DNA of 61,988 nt, counting the filler, from Porpidia crustulata (taxonomy: Eukaryota): NCBI GenBank assembly GCA_964255105.1. It is 8 parts of 8 records of this genome, joined end to end, with 100 filler letters (N's around TTAATTAATTAA, not from the genome) between each part and the next. Parts side by side here need not be neighbours in the genome. Positions count along the whole stretch, not along the records: positions 1 to 7,675 come from CAXUWE010001263.1; positions 7,776 to 15,448 come from CAXUWE010001264.1; 6 more parts are not named here. One strand, given 5' to 3'. Below the pieces are notes generated by a model. The model ran no database searches and was not told where the DNA came from. It saw only the letters and a program-made list of their open reading frames with translations. Numbering within the stretch: position 1 is the first letter of the stretch; every line of letters starts with the position of its first letter. A program made the position numbers and the translations under genes. Positions 1 to 12,852 of the stretch are shown here, piece by piece.

Positions 1-382
1 GGAATGTTTGGGGGCTTGCAATGACGGAAGCTAGTACAATCGTCATTTGTGTATCTACGTTGCTAATCTAAGGTATCGTCTATGACAGGCACTTGGCGTC
101 GCTCGCCAGAATCCCAAAAAGAAAAAAACGCCCCCATTTCGAATCTAAGAAAGTACGGGAAGAGAAGACAGGGGGAGAGAGAGAGAGAGAGAAAGAAGGG
201 GGAAAATGATGCACTAATATCTAGTAAAGGGGCGATAGATAAAAAGGGGATCCTGTCAATCGTCTCGAATTGTGCACGGCATCAAGTCGTGGCGCTGCTT
301 ATCTTGAATCTTCTTTCCAGGCCCATGCGCCAATCCGCGGTATTCACCAAGACATGTCTAACGACCCTTTTAACTTTCTCTC

Positions 383-2335
383 TCACACACTCAGATAATA
401 AGGAATCTTCCTTGGATCAAGCGAGCGCCACACAAACGGCATACCTTGCGCCAAGCCATCCTCGTCGAACGTCTGGCCCCGGATCTTGTCGCTGACGCGC
501 AGCATTTCTTTGCGAAAATCCTCTGCGGCACGGCGCACGGCGGGGCAGGTGGGGGCGAGGAAGTCGGATCCGGACCACATGTGAGCGAGGTCCCCTTCTT
601 GCTGTTCTAGTAGGGGTCGGTTGAAGCGGACGAGCAGGGATGCCTGTTTCAGGGCTTCGGTGTCGTTGTGCAGGTAGGGCATCAGGGAGTCGATGCTGCC
701 TTTGGTGGTGGGCAGAGGTTTGTTGAACGCGGACGGGTGCAGGGGGAGGAGGCCGGAGGATTCGCCGGGGGTGGCGGCGTTGAGGACGTGGTGGCCGATG
801 CCGGCGAGGAAGGCGATGTGCGAGAGGATGGAGACGAGGACCTCGCGCTCTTTGAGAGGAAAAGAAGGGAAGTCGAGGACTTTGGCCTGTTCGACGCATT
901 CGAGCATCCAGGCTTGGGCTTCGTGGTCTTGGACCAGTAGCGCGTCTGAGGGATAATACGTAGCTACATATGTTTCTGTGAATTTGTGAATGGCGGCGGC
1001 CATTGGCTGAACGGTGTCATAAAACGGCATTGTCTTCAGTAGAGGCCCGTAAGTGCAGTTGACTAGCCCTCTGGATAAAAGGTCGTTTGCGAATTGACTG
1101 GACTGGAAAAGTCCCGCGTGCGTAGGATACAAGTCACTGGAAAGAGTTCTGCCGCCAAAGTTTGTAGGCGCAAACGAACTGTCGAAAAACCCGCCATCGT
1201 TGAAAAGAAACTCGTCGCCAATTGGACGCACTGCGTATGCTTGATACATTACTTTGTGAGCTCTGTCAGTATGTGAAACATTTGATCAATGTGTCGTCAG
1301 ACTCACAATGATCCAGGTATCCCCGTACTGGATGTCGTTTGCTCAAGGTTCGGAGGCCGGCGAGGTGGACCGGCTCAGCCACATCATGGGTATTCGCGAG
1401 ATGATAGATCTGGCCACGGAAGAGATCGTTCATCTCAAAGGCCATCTTCGCAAAGAGCCAGTCATTTGCATCGTCCATGGGTGTATATGTTATATCCGCT
1501 CCCCCGTTGGTCTTGATGGCCAAGGGTAGGAAATCCCCTGAGACGGGATGAATGAAGAAATACGCAGAGCATGCCGCCGTCCAGCGACCATGATTTGTGG
1601 GGTATTTCGCTTGTATTGAATGATTGGCAAAGAATAGACGACCGGAAGCATGTAATTCGCTTAGGTCGAGGTTCCCTGTAAGACTTTTCACGACGTCTGT
1701 CTCCACAGAGAATGGCAAATCATCATCCCTAGGATGTAATCGCTTCACTACATAGGGATTTATCGAGAGTCTCTCCATGGAAAACAAAAGATCCTGCGTC
1801 CAATTGGTCAGTACTCCAGGTGAGACGCCGTCTGGTATTGTCGCCATCCATTGATCTTCGTATATCGCCCTGTAGCTCGATAAATTTTGTAGTCCACCAG
1901 CCTAGAGGAATAAGTTTCGAATTTAGATAGTTACTTGAGACGCGTCAACATGCTCACCATGGCAAGTGCCTGTACCGCCTGAGGCAATTCTCTGTTGTTG
2001 ACATTATCCGTCACGTACTGAACGTCTCGGAACCACAACTGCTTGTCCCTCTGGACCATTGCATCTCCCAAAATGCCCGTAGGAAAGTAAGATGTATTAC
2101 CCAAAAGAGGCGATCCATAGAGATATCCCTCACGATTAGAGTGGATTTCTTTATAGCGTTCGGACCAGTTGATATCAAAGACTGGCAGCACAAAACCTTG
2201 TCCATCATCAGGGGCTCGTGGAGCGTTCGGCGCCAATACGTGCTGCTCATCAGGGGACCAGCAGAGACATTGTCGACTAAAGAAGAGGAAAAAGATGGCC
2301 CGGCAAAGTATACGCCAGCTCTGTAATGGCTCCAT
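383..2335 (-). CDS. Secreted fungal lipoxygenase (Val-group, Mn-LOX-related), 3 exons
   Basis: Introns about 1902-1957 and 1252-1306 join three ORFs. Hydrophobic N-terminus ([14 protein letters not shown]), WLFAK motif, HLANTH metal-ligand segment, HHVLN, C-terminal PYYLSV. Confidence 0.93.
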
Positions 2336-4193
2336 TATACAAGTTTGCGCGTATTCTGAGAGATTAGAACTTGCTTTACTCGAATAACCAACATTCACTC
2401 CTAGGATAAAGCTCGGAGTATCACTGAAAGACTTAAGCTTGACAAAGTGAGCAAGAAATCAGAACCAGACTCTGATCCCAATATAATTGTGGCTCTCTCT
2501 TCGTCATGGGGTACCAAGATTCCTGACGGAGGCTTCCAGCGTGACCGCCGTTGCCCCTTAGATCAGGGTATGCCCAAATTGGCGTGTATTGGCATGTAGG
2601 CATCGGTATGGCAGGAGACTTCCACATACCAATCCATCTCCTGGGATCATCCACCTAAGATGTCCCTCGAACAACCTACGCTCCTAGACCGTCAGGATTA
2701 TACAACATCCGCCACGCATATCGGATGTCTTTCGTCTATCCTGTCACTAGGATACCCTCACTAACGTTCTTTAGAAACTCATGTAAAATTGTCTTTTACT
2801 GGAACGGGGAAAACCGACCTTGGGAAACGGCCGATTAACGGATGGATCATCAGCCAGGGTAGGAGCAGCCGGCATTCCATAGTGGGCCAAGGCAAGAAGC
2901 AAAAGAACCAGGCACCATTGACACACTCCGGAGAAGAGGTTGAACAGATTAGTCGCAAGGAGTTGAACCTATTCGTTAGAGAGACAATGGATGTTGAAAT
3001 CGACCGTCGAAGAGCCTGCATAGGAGATTGCTAGCGTTGATTAGCTAAATTTGACGGAGCCCTGCTTCAGATTCTTCTCATACTGTATGCACTCGAAGCT
3101 ATAGCTGCATTGCATAAGAAGTATCCGTCCGTGCAGAGGCGATCGAAGAAACGTGTCAGCCATCCACAGCGAGAATGATGTTGAATGTGGGTAATACCAC
3201 AGCCGGTGTGCCGTTATCATAGATCTACCTACGTTAGCCCTATTTTAGCACGGCAATAATAATATAAGCGAAACTAATAAGCGAAATGTTCATCTCAATG
3301 TCGCCTCCGAAACCGCATCTTGAGTGGGGAGTGCAAAGAAAAGGAATCCACTACTCAACCCGAAAAGGTTTTTGAATATGATCACTTATTCGATAGTTGT
3401 GCAAGATGTGGATACATTGAGACTTGCGTCAAAGTGCAAGTAATTCGCTATGCGGGTTCGCTGGTTGTGCAAATGAACATGGCAATTGAGAAGGTCACGA
3501 AAGTACTTGCCAAATCAAAACATAACCCCCACAGTCAAAGCGCTTGCGTTGTAATCCTCAAGAGTTTTCTCCGAAAAGTAATGCGTTGTGTAGCACGTGG
3601 TCTGCATCCAGGCTTTCGAGCCTTATCAAGCTTGGATTGGCCAGCACATGCGCCCACTTCGCATGATTGTTGTAGCTAGATAGCCTTCGGGCGTTGACGA
3701 CCACGGATGGGCTCGCCTTAGTGCAACGCCTTCATTTAGGATTGTAGAAACCTTTTGCAATTGCAATCGTGCGTTGGACTCACCATTAGCTCACGTTCGC
3801 ATTACTAGATCAGGCCACCCGCCAGGAGGATCGATATCCTTGGGGGCTCCACCGCCTCTTGTTATCGGGAGTCCAACCGTGCTGTTTCACTATGGGGCCT
3901 TTCTCAGCATCGGTAGACGTATGGGACAATGGTGTAGAAGCGCCAAGGTATCTCGAAGGACAATCAACCTATAGTTCGTGATCATACACTATCAACGACT
4001 CCGAGTTGCTGCATGGGTTGATTGTCGGACAAGGGTTTCGGTAGTTGGTACAACTGGGGGCCAGCTGCTGACCATTGCTTTTGTTTAATAATTCGTTTGG
4101 TAAATGATAGCAGCTGTGGTCCAGATGAGAGCGCAAAAAACTTCTGCGGGCCAATACCAGCTCTGTAAGCTCGTCTCGTAGTTCAATTATTCA

Positions 4194-5470
4194 ATGATGA
4201 GAGCGGTCTTCTGGATAGTCCTAGGTTCGCTCGTGACAGGATATGCTTTCAGCAATGAAGTCTTTCATACCACGCCTCCAGCGGCATCGCGGCAAATAGT
4301 GCTTCAGGGAAACGACCGCGGTTTCGGACTGAACGAGCCATTCATACCTTCACCACAGCATATTCTACCAGACAAAAAGCTATTCGAGATTGACGAGGCG
4401 AAGAACCCCTACCAGAGATTCGTGAACGGCTCGGACAGCGGACTATACAGAAGATCGTCTTGTCCAGCCATTAATACATTGGCAAATCGCGGATATATAA
4501 ACCGTACCGGCCGGAATATCACATACTCAGAGCTGGCTCATGCAGTTCGCAAGGTGTGGAATTTCGGCGATGACAATGTGCGCTCCCAAGGGATATTTGG
4601 TACCCATTTCCTCTTCGCTGACGAGTTGTGACAGAGTATGCTAGTGCTCGCGCCAACTTTTGCACTCCATGGTTGGCCTGAGACGATTGATCTCGACTGG
4701 TTCAATGTAAGTCGATGCAGCATAGGAGTTTGACCACATTTACTCATCTTCATAGGATGATAGCGTACAATACGCCGTCAACTGTCCGGCCGCACCCACA
4801 CGGTAATCTATTGACCCAGAAAATTGCCTTCAGCTTTGAGGATAACAAGAACTTCAAGCTGTGGAAAGTATTGCTGATAGCTCCACGTCTAGCAATGATC
4901 GCGCCATTGGTGACAACATCAATATCAATATGACGCTTTATGATTCGTTAATTTCGTTCTCGAGCGATGGCGAAACCCTTTCACTCGAAGATATGGCTGA
5001 GCACCATCACCTCAGACATAACCAAAGCCTAGCCGAGAATCCGACATTCATTTTCGGCAACCAGGGCGCCATATGCTCGCTGTAGGTGGCATACAAGCTC
5101 TTTATACACAAACAGCACATATTGACATGATGAATAGGGCCCAATACACAAACATGGTCGGCGTTTTGGGCAAGGACGGCAAACATGGACGAACAACACT
5201 GTATGTGAACGATGTGGAAACATTTTATCTCAAAGAAGACATACCAAAGGGATATAGACGACGAGAATCACCGGTAGGTGACTCAGAATACTAAGAGATA
5301 CTGGCTGATACAGACTCAAGTACTACTCCACAGAGTCGAATGCTTTGATAGATAGAATGTCGTATCACGTAGGCTACACCATCCAGAGACCGTTCCCGGA
5401 TGATGATCAGGAGCCAGGCCATGACATCTGTCCGGTCGTGGCTAGATTTCAGGAGGACAGCTGTGCTTGA
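4194..5470 (+). CDS. Secreted heme-thiolate peroxidase/chloroperoxidase-family protein with atypical motifs, 6 exons
   Basis: Signal peptide; RSSCPAINTLANRGYINRTG matches the RxPCPxLNxLANHG heme-thiolate motif; RHNQSLAENPTF. Exons about 4194-4577, 4635-4706, 4756-4802, 4893-5081, 5138-5273 and 5321-5470 keep frame. Confidence 0.8.
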
Positions 5471-5963
5471 GACGGCGATGTGGTCAATGAAGTGAAGTTC
5501 TTTATACCATAGACTGGCTTGGTACCGCGACATTCGCGAGGAGACGAGGTAGCTAGATAGCTTAGCGACCATAGAGACAAGACAAAGACAGACGAAGATG
5601 CTTGTCAGCAAATGTAGCTGTTGCAATATGAAGCATTGTGCTTTTGGTATCTTTTATCAACGACGAAGGGTCGATTATGCAACAAAGTGAGTGAGGTGCC
5701 CTGCGCTACACATATAGATAAGCTCATATCCAACCCCGCCATATTCGGATGATTGGTAGCGCGCTCTTTCTCGCTCTATAAAGCCTATAAAATATCGATA
5801 GGCAGCCTCTTCATATTCATGAAGATTGCTCTTATTAATATCCATTGCCTTACCACGTCATGTATACCGTGTGAAATTCATTGTGATGAATTCAAGAACG
5901 TAGCATCATCCAGACAGGTGCTTTTGCGCTCCCAACTCCTTTCGCACGTATTCGACATACAAT

Positions 5964-7392
5964 ATGGGTCTCGACAGATTTACACGGGCTCCCGCGAATC
6001 ATCTCTGGAATTGCTTCTGGAATTTCCAATGGCACCAGAAAGGTCACTCTGCCGATGAGAGTTTTCCGGCATCAACAGAGAAACCCACGGGGCTCAGTTC
6101 TAGAACCATTGTCAAGCCCAGCGGGTCGCGAAACGCGCAAGATGGAAGGAGTCCTGGACATTCTACTCAGAGCCGGTACTTTCTCCGTTCTTCGCAGAGT
6201 GCCCAGCTCGAGATTCCCGTCCTGGCAGCAATAGGTGACGCTGTGGAAATGCCCGCGACCGAAATTGCCCATGCTGGCAAAGAAACGGTGCTCATTGCCA
6301 AGTGCATTCTCGCCTTCGACGAACTTCCGGAATGGATGCAAGAAGACCCGCATATCCGGCATGGTTACCGCACGCCTTCAAACAGTTTCAATGCGTGCGT
6401 CTCGTCGCTCTTCTATCCGCACAACGAGCTTGTTAATACTTGGTCACATTTACTTCCGGCCATTTTCTTCCTGTTCCTGCTACTAGCAGCAGATTGTACA
6501 GTGCTATGTAGCGGCGTTGAGATTTCCTTTCAGGACAACCTGATAATGCAGACTTATATTGGGGGCACGGCGTGCTGCCTCTTTTTTTCAGTAAGTGAAA
6601 TCTCGGTACAAATCTGTGCCTTCTTCTCTCTACTCATAGATCGGAAACGATTTCTTAAGGATTGGTTTCCCAGAAGCGCGACAAGGCGTACGTGCGCATC
6701 GACCTAACTGTAGTCATGATTAGGCCACATTTCACTGTTCAAATGCACACTCCGAAGCAGTTGCTCGCCGCTGTCTGAAGCTTGATTACCTTGGCATCGT
6801 CGTAACCATTTCCACAACGTGCATCTCTGCTACCTACTTTGGTCTTTATGGAAACACACGCCTACAGGTGCAATACATTGCCTTGACCTGCCTCTGCGCT
6901 GCGGCCGTGTTCCACGCCACTCTGAAGCCGCATGCAGATGGACCTCGTGCCGCCGCATGGAGGTAAGCTTCTCACCATAGCACGCTTGGATTCTTCGTTG
7001 CCTCTCTGAATCCGCGTAGGGCTACTGTGTTCATCGCCCTCGCACTTAGTGGCTTTGTACCGGTGGCACACGTTATCCTGGTACAAGGCGCACAAGGGTT
7101 GCAGCAATTTCCACTCGCGAGCATTGCAGTAACGTGCGTTTCTTATCTGATTGGTACTGGGTTTTATATCGCTCGCGTTCCAGAAAAGCTTTGGCCTGGA
7201 GTCTTTGACGTTTGGGTATGTAGTGTGATAATCAACAATCCCCTCGCGATGGAAGATTATTTGAAACTGACTTTGTCGTTTGTGAACCACTTCCAGGGAG
7301 CGAGTCATCAGATTTTTCACGTGCTGGTAGCATTTGGTCAGCTTGTGCACTTATTTGGGTTGAGGGATGTGATGTCGAGGCAGTATCGATAG
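5964..7392 (+). CDS. PAQR / hemolysin-III (IZH-like) membrane protein, 4 exons
   Basis: LPEWMQEDPHIRHGYR, HNELVNTWSH, KLDYLGI, RVPEKLWPGVFDVWGASHQIFH. Introns about 6591-6723, 6963-7019, 7216-7295. Confidence 0.92.
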
Positions 7393-7675
7393 ATCAGACT
7401 ATGGGCGTAGACGCAGGCCAATTGTTGGGAAGCCTCTGTTGAGCAGCTCGCACATGAGTTTTCCAACCGAAAGATGACTGAGGGTTGAGACTTAAGTCAT
7501 GCAATTAGATGTATCGTCCGGATTCATAGTAGAATCGTAGCAAAGGAGAGATGCCCATATCTAAAATATAGGAAAAGTAGACCAGAACCTTGGTGCCACT
7601 CCGGCGCTAACCCCAAAGCAACCAAACCCTCAAACCCTCCGCAAAATAATAATTCAATCGCTCATCCTCCATCGA

Positions 7676-7775
7676 NNNNNNNNNNNNNNNNNNNNNNNNN
7701 NNNNNNNNNNNNNNNNNNNTTAATTAATTAANNNNNNNNNNNNNNNNNNNNNNNNNNNNNNNNNNNNNNNNNNNN
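7676..7775. other. Artificial contig-joining linker (N44-TTAATTAATTAA-N44)
   Basis: Six-frame stop linker inside Ns. Identical linkers at 15449-15548, 23217-23316, 30984-31083, 38739-38838, 46494-46593 and 54244-54343. Confidence 0.98.
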
Positions 7776-8337
7776 GATTTATGATTTGGGAGGGGATTTG
7801 GGGCGAGGACGGAGATGGCATACCTTGGATCCGCGCCCGCGTCAAGTAGTATTTCGACTATTGACGACGCGGAGTCCCATTGCGCGCTAGGTAAGTCGTT
7901 TATGAAGCGGATTGCTTGGTGCAGTGGTGTGTCTTTTTCCAGGCGATTGATTGGGTCGACTTCGAGGCCTTCTTGGTCGAGAAGCATGTCTAGGATCTCG
8001 TCTGTAGATATTGGGCTTATCAGTCGATTACGAGCTTGTGGGAGGGGGGCAGAATATATATACATGATCCGCGAGCTGCTGCCACATGGAGGCAGTAATT
8101 CCCGATGCCATCTGTGGACATGTTGAGTAATTTTGCGATCTTCTCGGGTGTTGATAGCTGGGTGAGTAGGTCGGCGAGTAGGTTTGTGTTGTTGCGGCGG
8201 GAGGCTTCGAGTAGGATCTCTCGGGGGGAGGCGCCCTGTGCTTATCTTAGTAAAGTTTTAATAAATAGGTTGCGGGAAACAAGACGAGAAGAGAAGTTGA
8301 AGGACAAATATGGAGATTTTACCTCATCGTCGGCCAT
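7776..8337 (-). CDS. Ankyrin-repeat protein (YCR051W-like), 3' end truncated by contig edge
   Basis: Spliced MADDE/GASPREILLEASRRNN...NYCLHVAAARGS/YEILDMLLDQEGLEVDPINRLEKDTPLHQA...LLDAGADPR. Confidence 0.8.
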
Positions 8338-9513
8338 TGCGAAGGGCGAGGGGTAAGGAGATGCGTCAGTAGCTGTTGGAGGGTTCAGGCGCAAACGGGG
8401 GCTTTCAGGAGATGCAGTGTGCGAAAGATTAAGAAGATCCTAGTGACCGCGTGGTCTCAACCGGTGCACAGGAGCACCTCGGAGTAAGCTTTTTGTGCAC
8501 AGGGAGGTCAATTTAGAGGTGATTAGCTACTAAGCAAGTTGTACGTGGTCACTGGTCAGGTTGGCTTTGATATTTGACGCGTCAAGGACGTGTAGGGCTG
8601 AAACTTTGGCCTAGTCCTCAGCTCGTTTCTGGGTCGACCACTCCGTACTTACACATACTCTCCTTCCCCTTCCTAATGGAGTACCTTTGGAATTGGGATT
8701 TACAATTGCATTAGTACCTTCCCCTAGAGGGTCCCCTGTAGGGTGGACATAGGAGAGGCGGTAGGTAATATGTTCAACGAGAATAGCATTTCAGTTTGGG
8801 GGAGATCTGATTGGGGATAATGAAAATGCTTTCAAAATTGTGCACAGGACAAAAGTCAACAGCATGCCGTTGATTGATGGTGATCAGGATAATACTGGCT
8901 CGGAGAAGTAGCAGATTCCATGGGCCAGTGCAAACCACGGGGAGGGAGGGAATCGTTGATTGCTGCTCTTGGTAATAAGTCAAATTTTCCAACGACAGGA
9001 ACACCTGAAAGTGCAGAGTGATACGATACTCGCATCAAGCTAGATGATGTCTGGAAGCAGTGTTATAAAAGTGTTTGATCTGTCAGGCCCCTTTCTTTCG
9101 GATTTAGTCGTTCATTTTTGTAGTGAATGTGATTCGAGGGCGCCTTCACGCAAAGTGTTCAGTAACAGTCCGGATGAGTTGACAGGAAACAGTACATGAA
9201 TACGTGAGTATCTGAGTAGATGAGAAGAGTCTTGAGTGTGTACTTACATATATATCAGATTGCTTCAAGTGAGGTCGACGATGCTTGGCTAGTCGGTTAG
9301 TACTATCAATCCATGCGCCGATCATCGACCCCGCTGAGTTACCCTCGCCAAGTACCTTACCGTCTTTCGCGTCAAGAAGTCAAACATCGCAGCTCCGAAA
9401 GATCACCAAACAAAGCGCAATATGAGCAGTCGTACTCTCCTGTCGCATAGACTCGAGCTTCACCTTTCTTAAAAACCTGCCTTCCATCTTCAGCGCCTCT
9501 CTTCACTCACACC

Positions 9514-11837
9514 ATGTCCAAGCTATCCTCGCTCCTCAATCCGTCCCCAATTCACTCGGACGGATCAGCTCCTCAGTCGCAGCCATTGACCTTTGACGGC
9601 CCGAATGATCCACATGTTGATGAGTTACCGGAAGGTATGGGCCATACTCAGAGTGGAAGCCTATCTCATCTCCCAAATCTTACGTCTCCGCTCGAAGCTC
9701 TCGCATCCGCAGCCACGAGCAGCGCGCCAATGCTGTCACCGAGCAATCCAAACGGTATCTCTTCAATACCTCCAGGATCTCACCTGCAAAAGCTCCATCA
9801 TCCACTATCGCGACCAAATAGCAGCCATGCATCGCCTCCACCGCCTTTTGACTTTGCGCGACCGTCAGACCTTCCACCACCAAGGTTCTCCCCTGGCCTT
9901 GAACAATACCATCATTCAACGAGTAGTGAGGTGAGGGCTAGACGGATGTCCGGGATCACCGACGATACCTCCACCGTGCTTGCTCCCTTTCGGGGCTCTT
10001 TCTCTGATACGGATCGTCAATCGCCTGTCCCTCTTCCTACCCTGCAGCCGAACAGCGAGGTCCCTAATGGCGATGAAAAAATATCTTCGGTACAGCCAGA
10101 CCATGAATCGGTTCACTCATACAACCCGTCCGCGCACATCCGACACCCTTCACCGGGTTCGACATTCCCTTCTGTAAACAGTACTTCATCTGGAGTGCGG
10201 GATGTGGAAGTGAGTGTGAAAGCTGAGATTCCCGAAGACACTTTTGGACTTTCGCACAAGGTACGACCGGAACCTCTGGAGCCAACGAACAGGCACGGGA
10301 CACCCCTAGCAGAGGCTAGCCCAGCGGTGGAAGGATCAGTAGTCTCCCGAGTCGTGGCAAGCTTAAAAAATGACGAGAGTTACCAGCCTTCTTCGAACAC
10401 CACGGAGGACCTCAATCACAGCAAATCAGTGACTCCGAAACCGGCTCCAACCAGGAAACGAGCAGCGCCAAAGAAAGGTACAGCAAGCGCAATCAAACCT
10501 CCATTAAAAAAGCGCAAGATAGATACAGACAGTATTGATGGTACGCCTTCACTAAAGCGTTCGGCGACGCCGGCATCCAGTCGCGCAAGCAAGACTCCGG
10601 CTCCCAAGAGTCGCAAGCAAGACTCTGCCACCCCCACTCGCAGCTCTTCAGTGGCCCAGCCGGATGACGATGAGAATGCATCTGATTCGGAGCTGTTCTG
10701 CATTTGTCGTAAACCTGACGACCATACTTGGATGATAGGGTGTGATGGGTCGTGCGAGGATTGGTTTCATGGGAGATGTGTGGACATGAGCGAGGAGGAT
10801 GGTAAAATCATTGACAAATGGATATGTAGGCATACTCACTTCAAAGCTAATGGCCGTTGCTGACTTGTCTCACCGTGTCAGGTCCAAATTGCCAAGCGAA
10901 AGGGGAAGGTCCGACCACTTGGAAAGCGATGTGTCGCCTCGAAAGCTGTCGTCTGCCAGCCAGGGTTACTGGCGCAAACCCGTCGAAATACTGTAGCGAT
11001 GAACATGGAAGGGAGTACATGGCGCGGCACGCAATGAAAGACGAATCAGAAGAGAAAAGGTTGGCTGCTGTACATATCAAAAGGAGAAGGAAGAGCAACT
11101 ATACTGACAATATCGGTAACGGAGACGAAGCTATCGAGGTTGATGATGAGCCAAGCTACCTTCGAGGTGGCGTACTCAGAGCACCCGAACTCAAAGCCGT
11201 GGTCACTGGTGTGAAAGACCTCAGCGAATTTCGAAAGCTTGGAGAAGGCGTTCTTAGCCCACCTCGAACAATTAGTCCCGATGGTAATGATATCAAGATG
11301 GAGGATGGGACCAAGAAAGAGACTATTGCATACACGGATGGAGAAGCTGAGAAGCTCGCAGAATTAACCTCGACTAAAGAAAATCTGCGAATGCGCAAAA
11401 CCATGCTTGAAGACCGTGATAGTTTCCTGGGACTCGTCAAAGCCCGCGGTAAAGCAGCCCTTGACGAGCTTCGCAAGAAAGACAAGTCGCTAAAGGACAT
11501 TTGCGGCTACGACGCGCGCCTGAGCTGGTCAGACGAGGAGTTCAAGATCTGGAGATGTGGCCCAGAAGGCCAGAAAGCTTTCGACGACGACGTATTGGGT
11601 GCGCCACCGCTAAGTGAAGATGCGATTGACACCACGGAAGATGACGAATCGGTGCGCGGTGTTTGTCAGAAGAAGCGCTGTGAAAGGCACAGAGCCTGGT
11701 ACAAGCTGCAGCAGCAGGACGTGGCATTTGAGAAAGGCGAGATTAGGCAAAATTTGAGGAAGCTAGAGCAAGAGGAACGGGGAGTGAAGGATCGAGCGAT
11801 GATTCGATGCTTGGAGAGCGGTGAGGTGGATTATTAG
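9514..11837 (+). CDS. SPP1: COMPASS PHD-finger subunit Spp1
   Basis: PHD finger LFCICRKPDDHTWMIGCDGSCEDWFHGRCV...WIC/PNC split by an intron at about 10827-10881; SKYCSDEHG; ICGYDARL; C-terminal CQKKRCERH. Confidence 0.88.
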
Positions 11838-12852
11838 GTCGTGGTACTTGATGGTTGCAGGGAATCTTAGGGCAGCGAAGTGATTTAGTGACGACTTTCT
11901 TCTCTAAAAATCCGGGGAACGTTGACGAAAGCGAGGTGTTCGGAGCTTTCGTAGCAGCAGCAGCAGCACTTGGAGATCCTGGTTTATATGACGGCTGGCG
12001 GGGTTTCTTTCTTTGTACCGAAAATACCCAAGAGTGCCATGTAGTTTCACACATAGCAATAATGCAAAGTATGAAACAAAGGTAGGACTTGGTGGAACTG
12101 ACACTGGTGAAAGTTTGGTGATTTGGGTTGTGCCCATAGTGAGAGTGTGATCATGGGGAACTGCGCCTCCTTGAGGTGGCTAATGAGTATCTGCCTATTC
12201 AAGCACTCGAGCTACTTTCAGACGTACACCGAATCTCCCTTATTGAATCAAATTAATGAAGCATGACATCCTACAAGGCGTTTGTCTAATGTGCATAAAA
12301 AATGAAGTAGGTTGGGAAGATTCAAGAGAACGGATTTGTCGACAATAGGCCAATACTATGGTAGAGATTGGACGACCTGACGCTTGAAGGTCAACAAGAC
12401 GTCTTGGGATTATCAAAAGCTATTGATAACGCTTTACGTTCTGCTATTTCATCATCAGTTTGGAACATCTTCCCTTCATCGTGATTTTATAATGTCGATA
12501 TGGAGTATTTGAACAACAGCATTACTCAAAATCCGTCAAGACGCCTTCAATCTTTGGTGCGTTATAGACTTTTTATCTGGTGGACACAATGAGCCCCAAT
12601 GGACCTGGAGCACGGAAGAAAACAATTATTACATCAATCAATGGAATCAAGAACTTGGTAGGCGCACATGGCATGAATATGACGACTTTCCAGGCATAGC
12701 TCTGATGTGGACGATATCTAGGGCGCTGGGACACCATTTGGAAGGAGAACTTGGACTTGAGTAGGGTACCCACGGATAGCAGCCTTCGCAATGTACCAGT
12801 GGAGTCCAAAGTCGACCTCGAAATTGTCAAGATTGGGGTCGTTTACACCGAG

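Noticed and set aside
417..956. Long alternative-frame and antisense ORFs over LOX (likewise over the transporter, SLD1 and FMP25)
   Set aside because: Shadow ORFs caused by high third-position GC in real genes.
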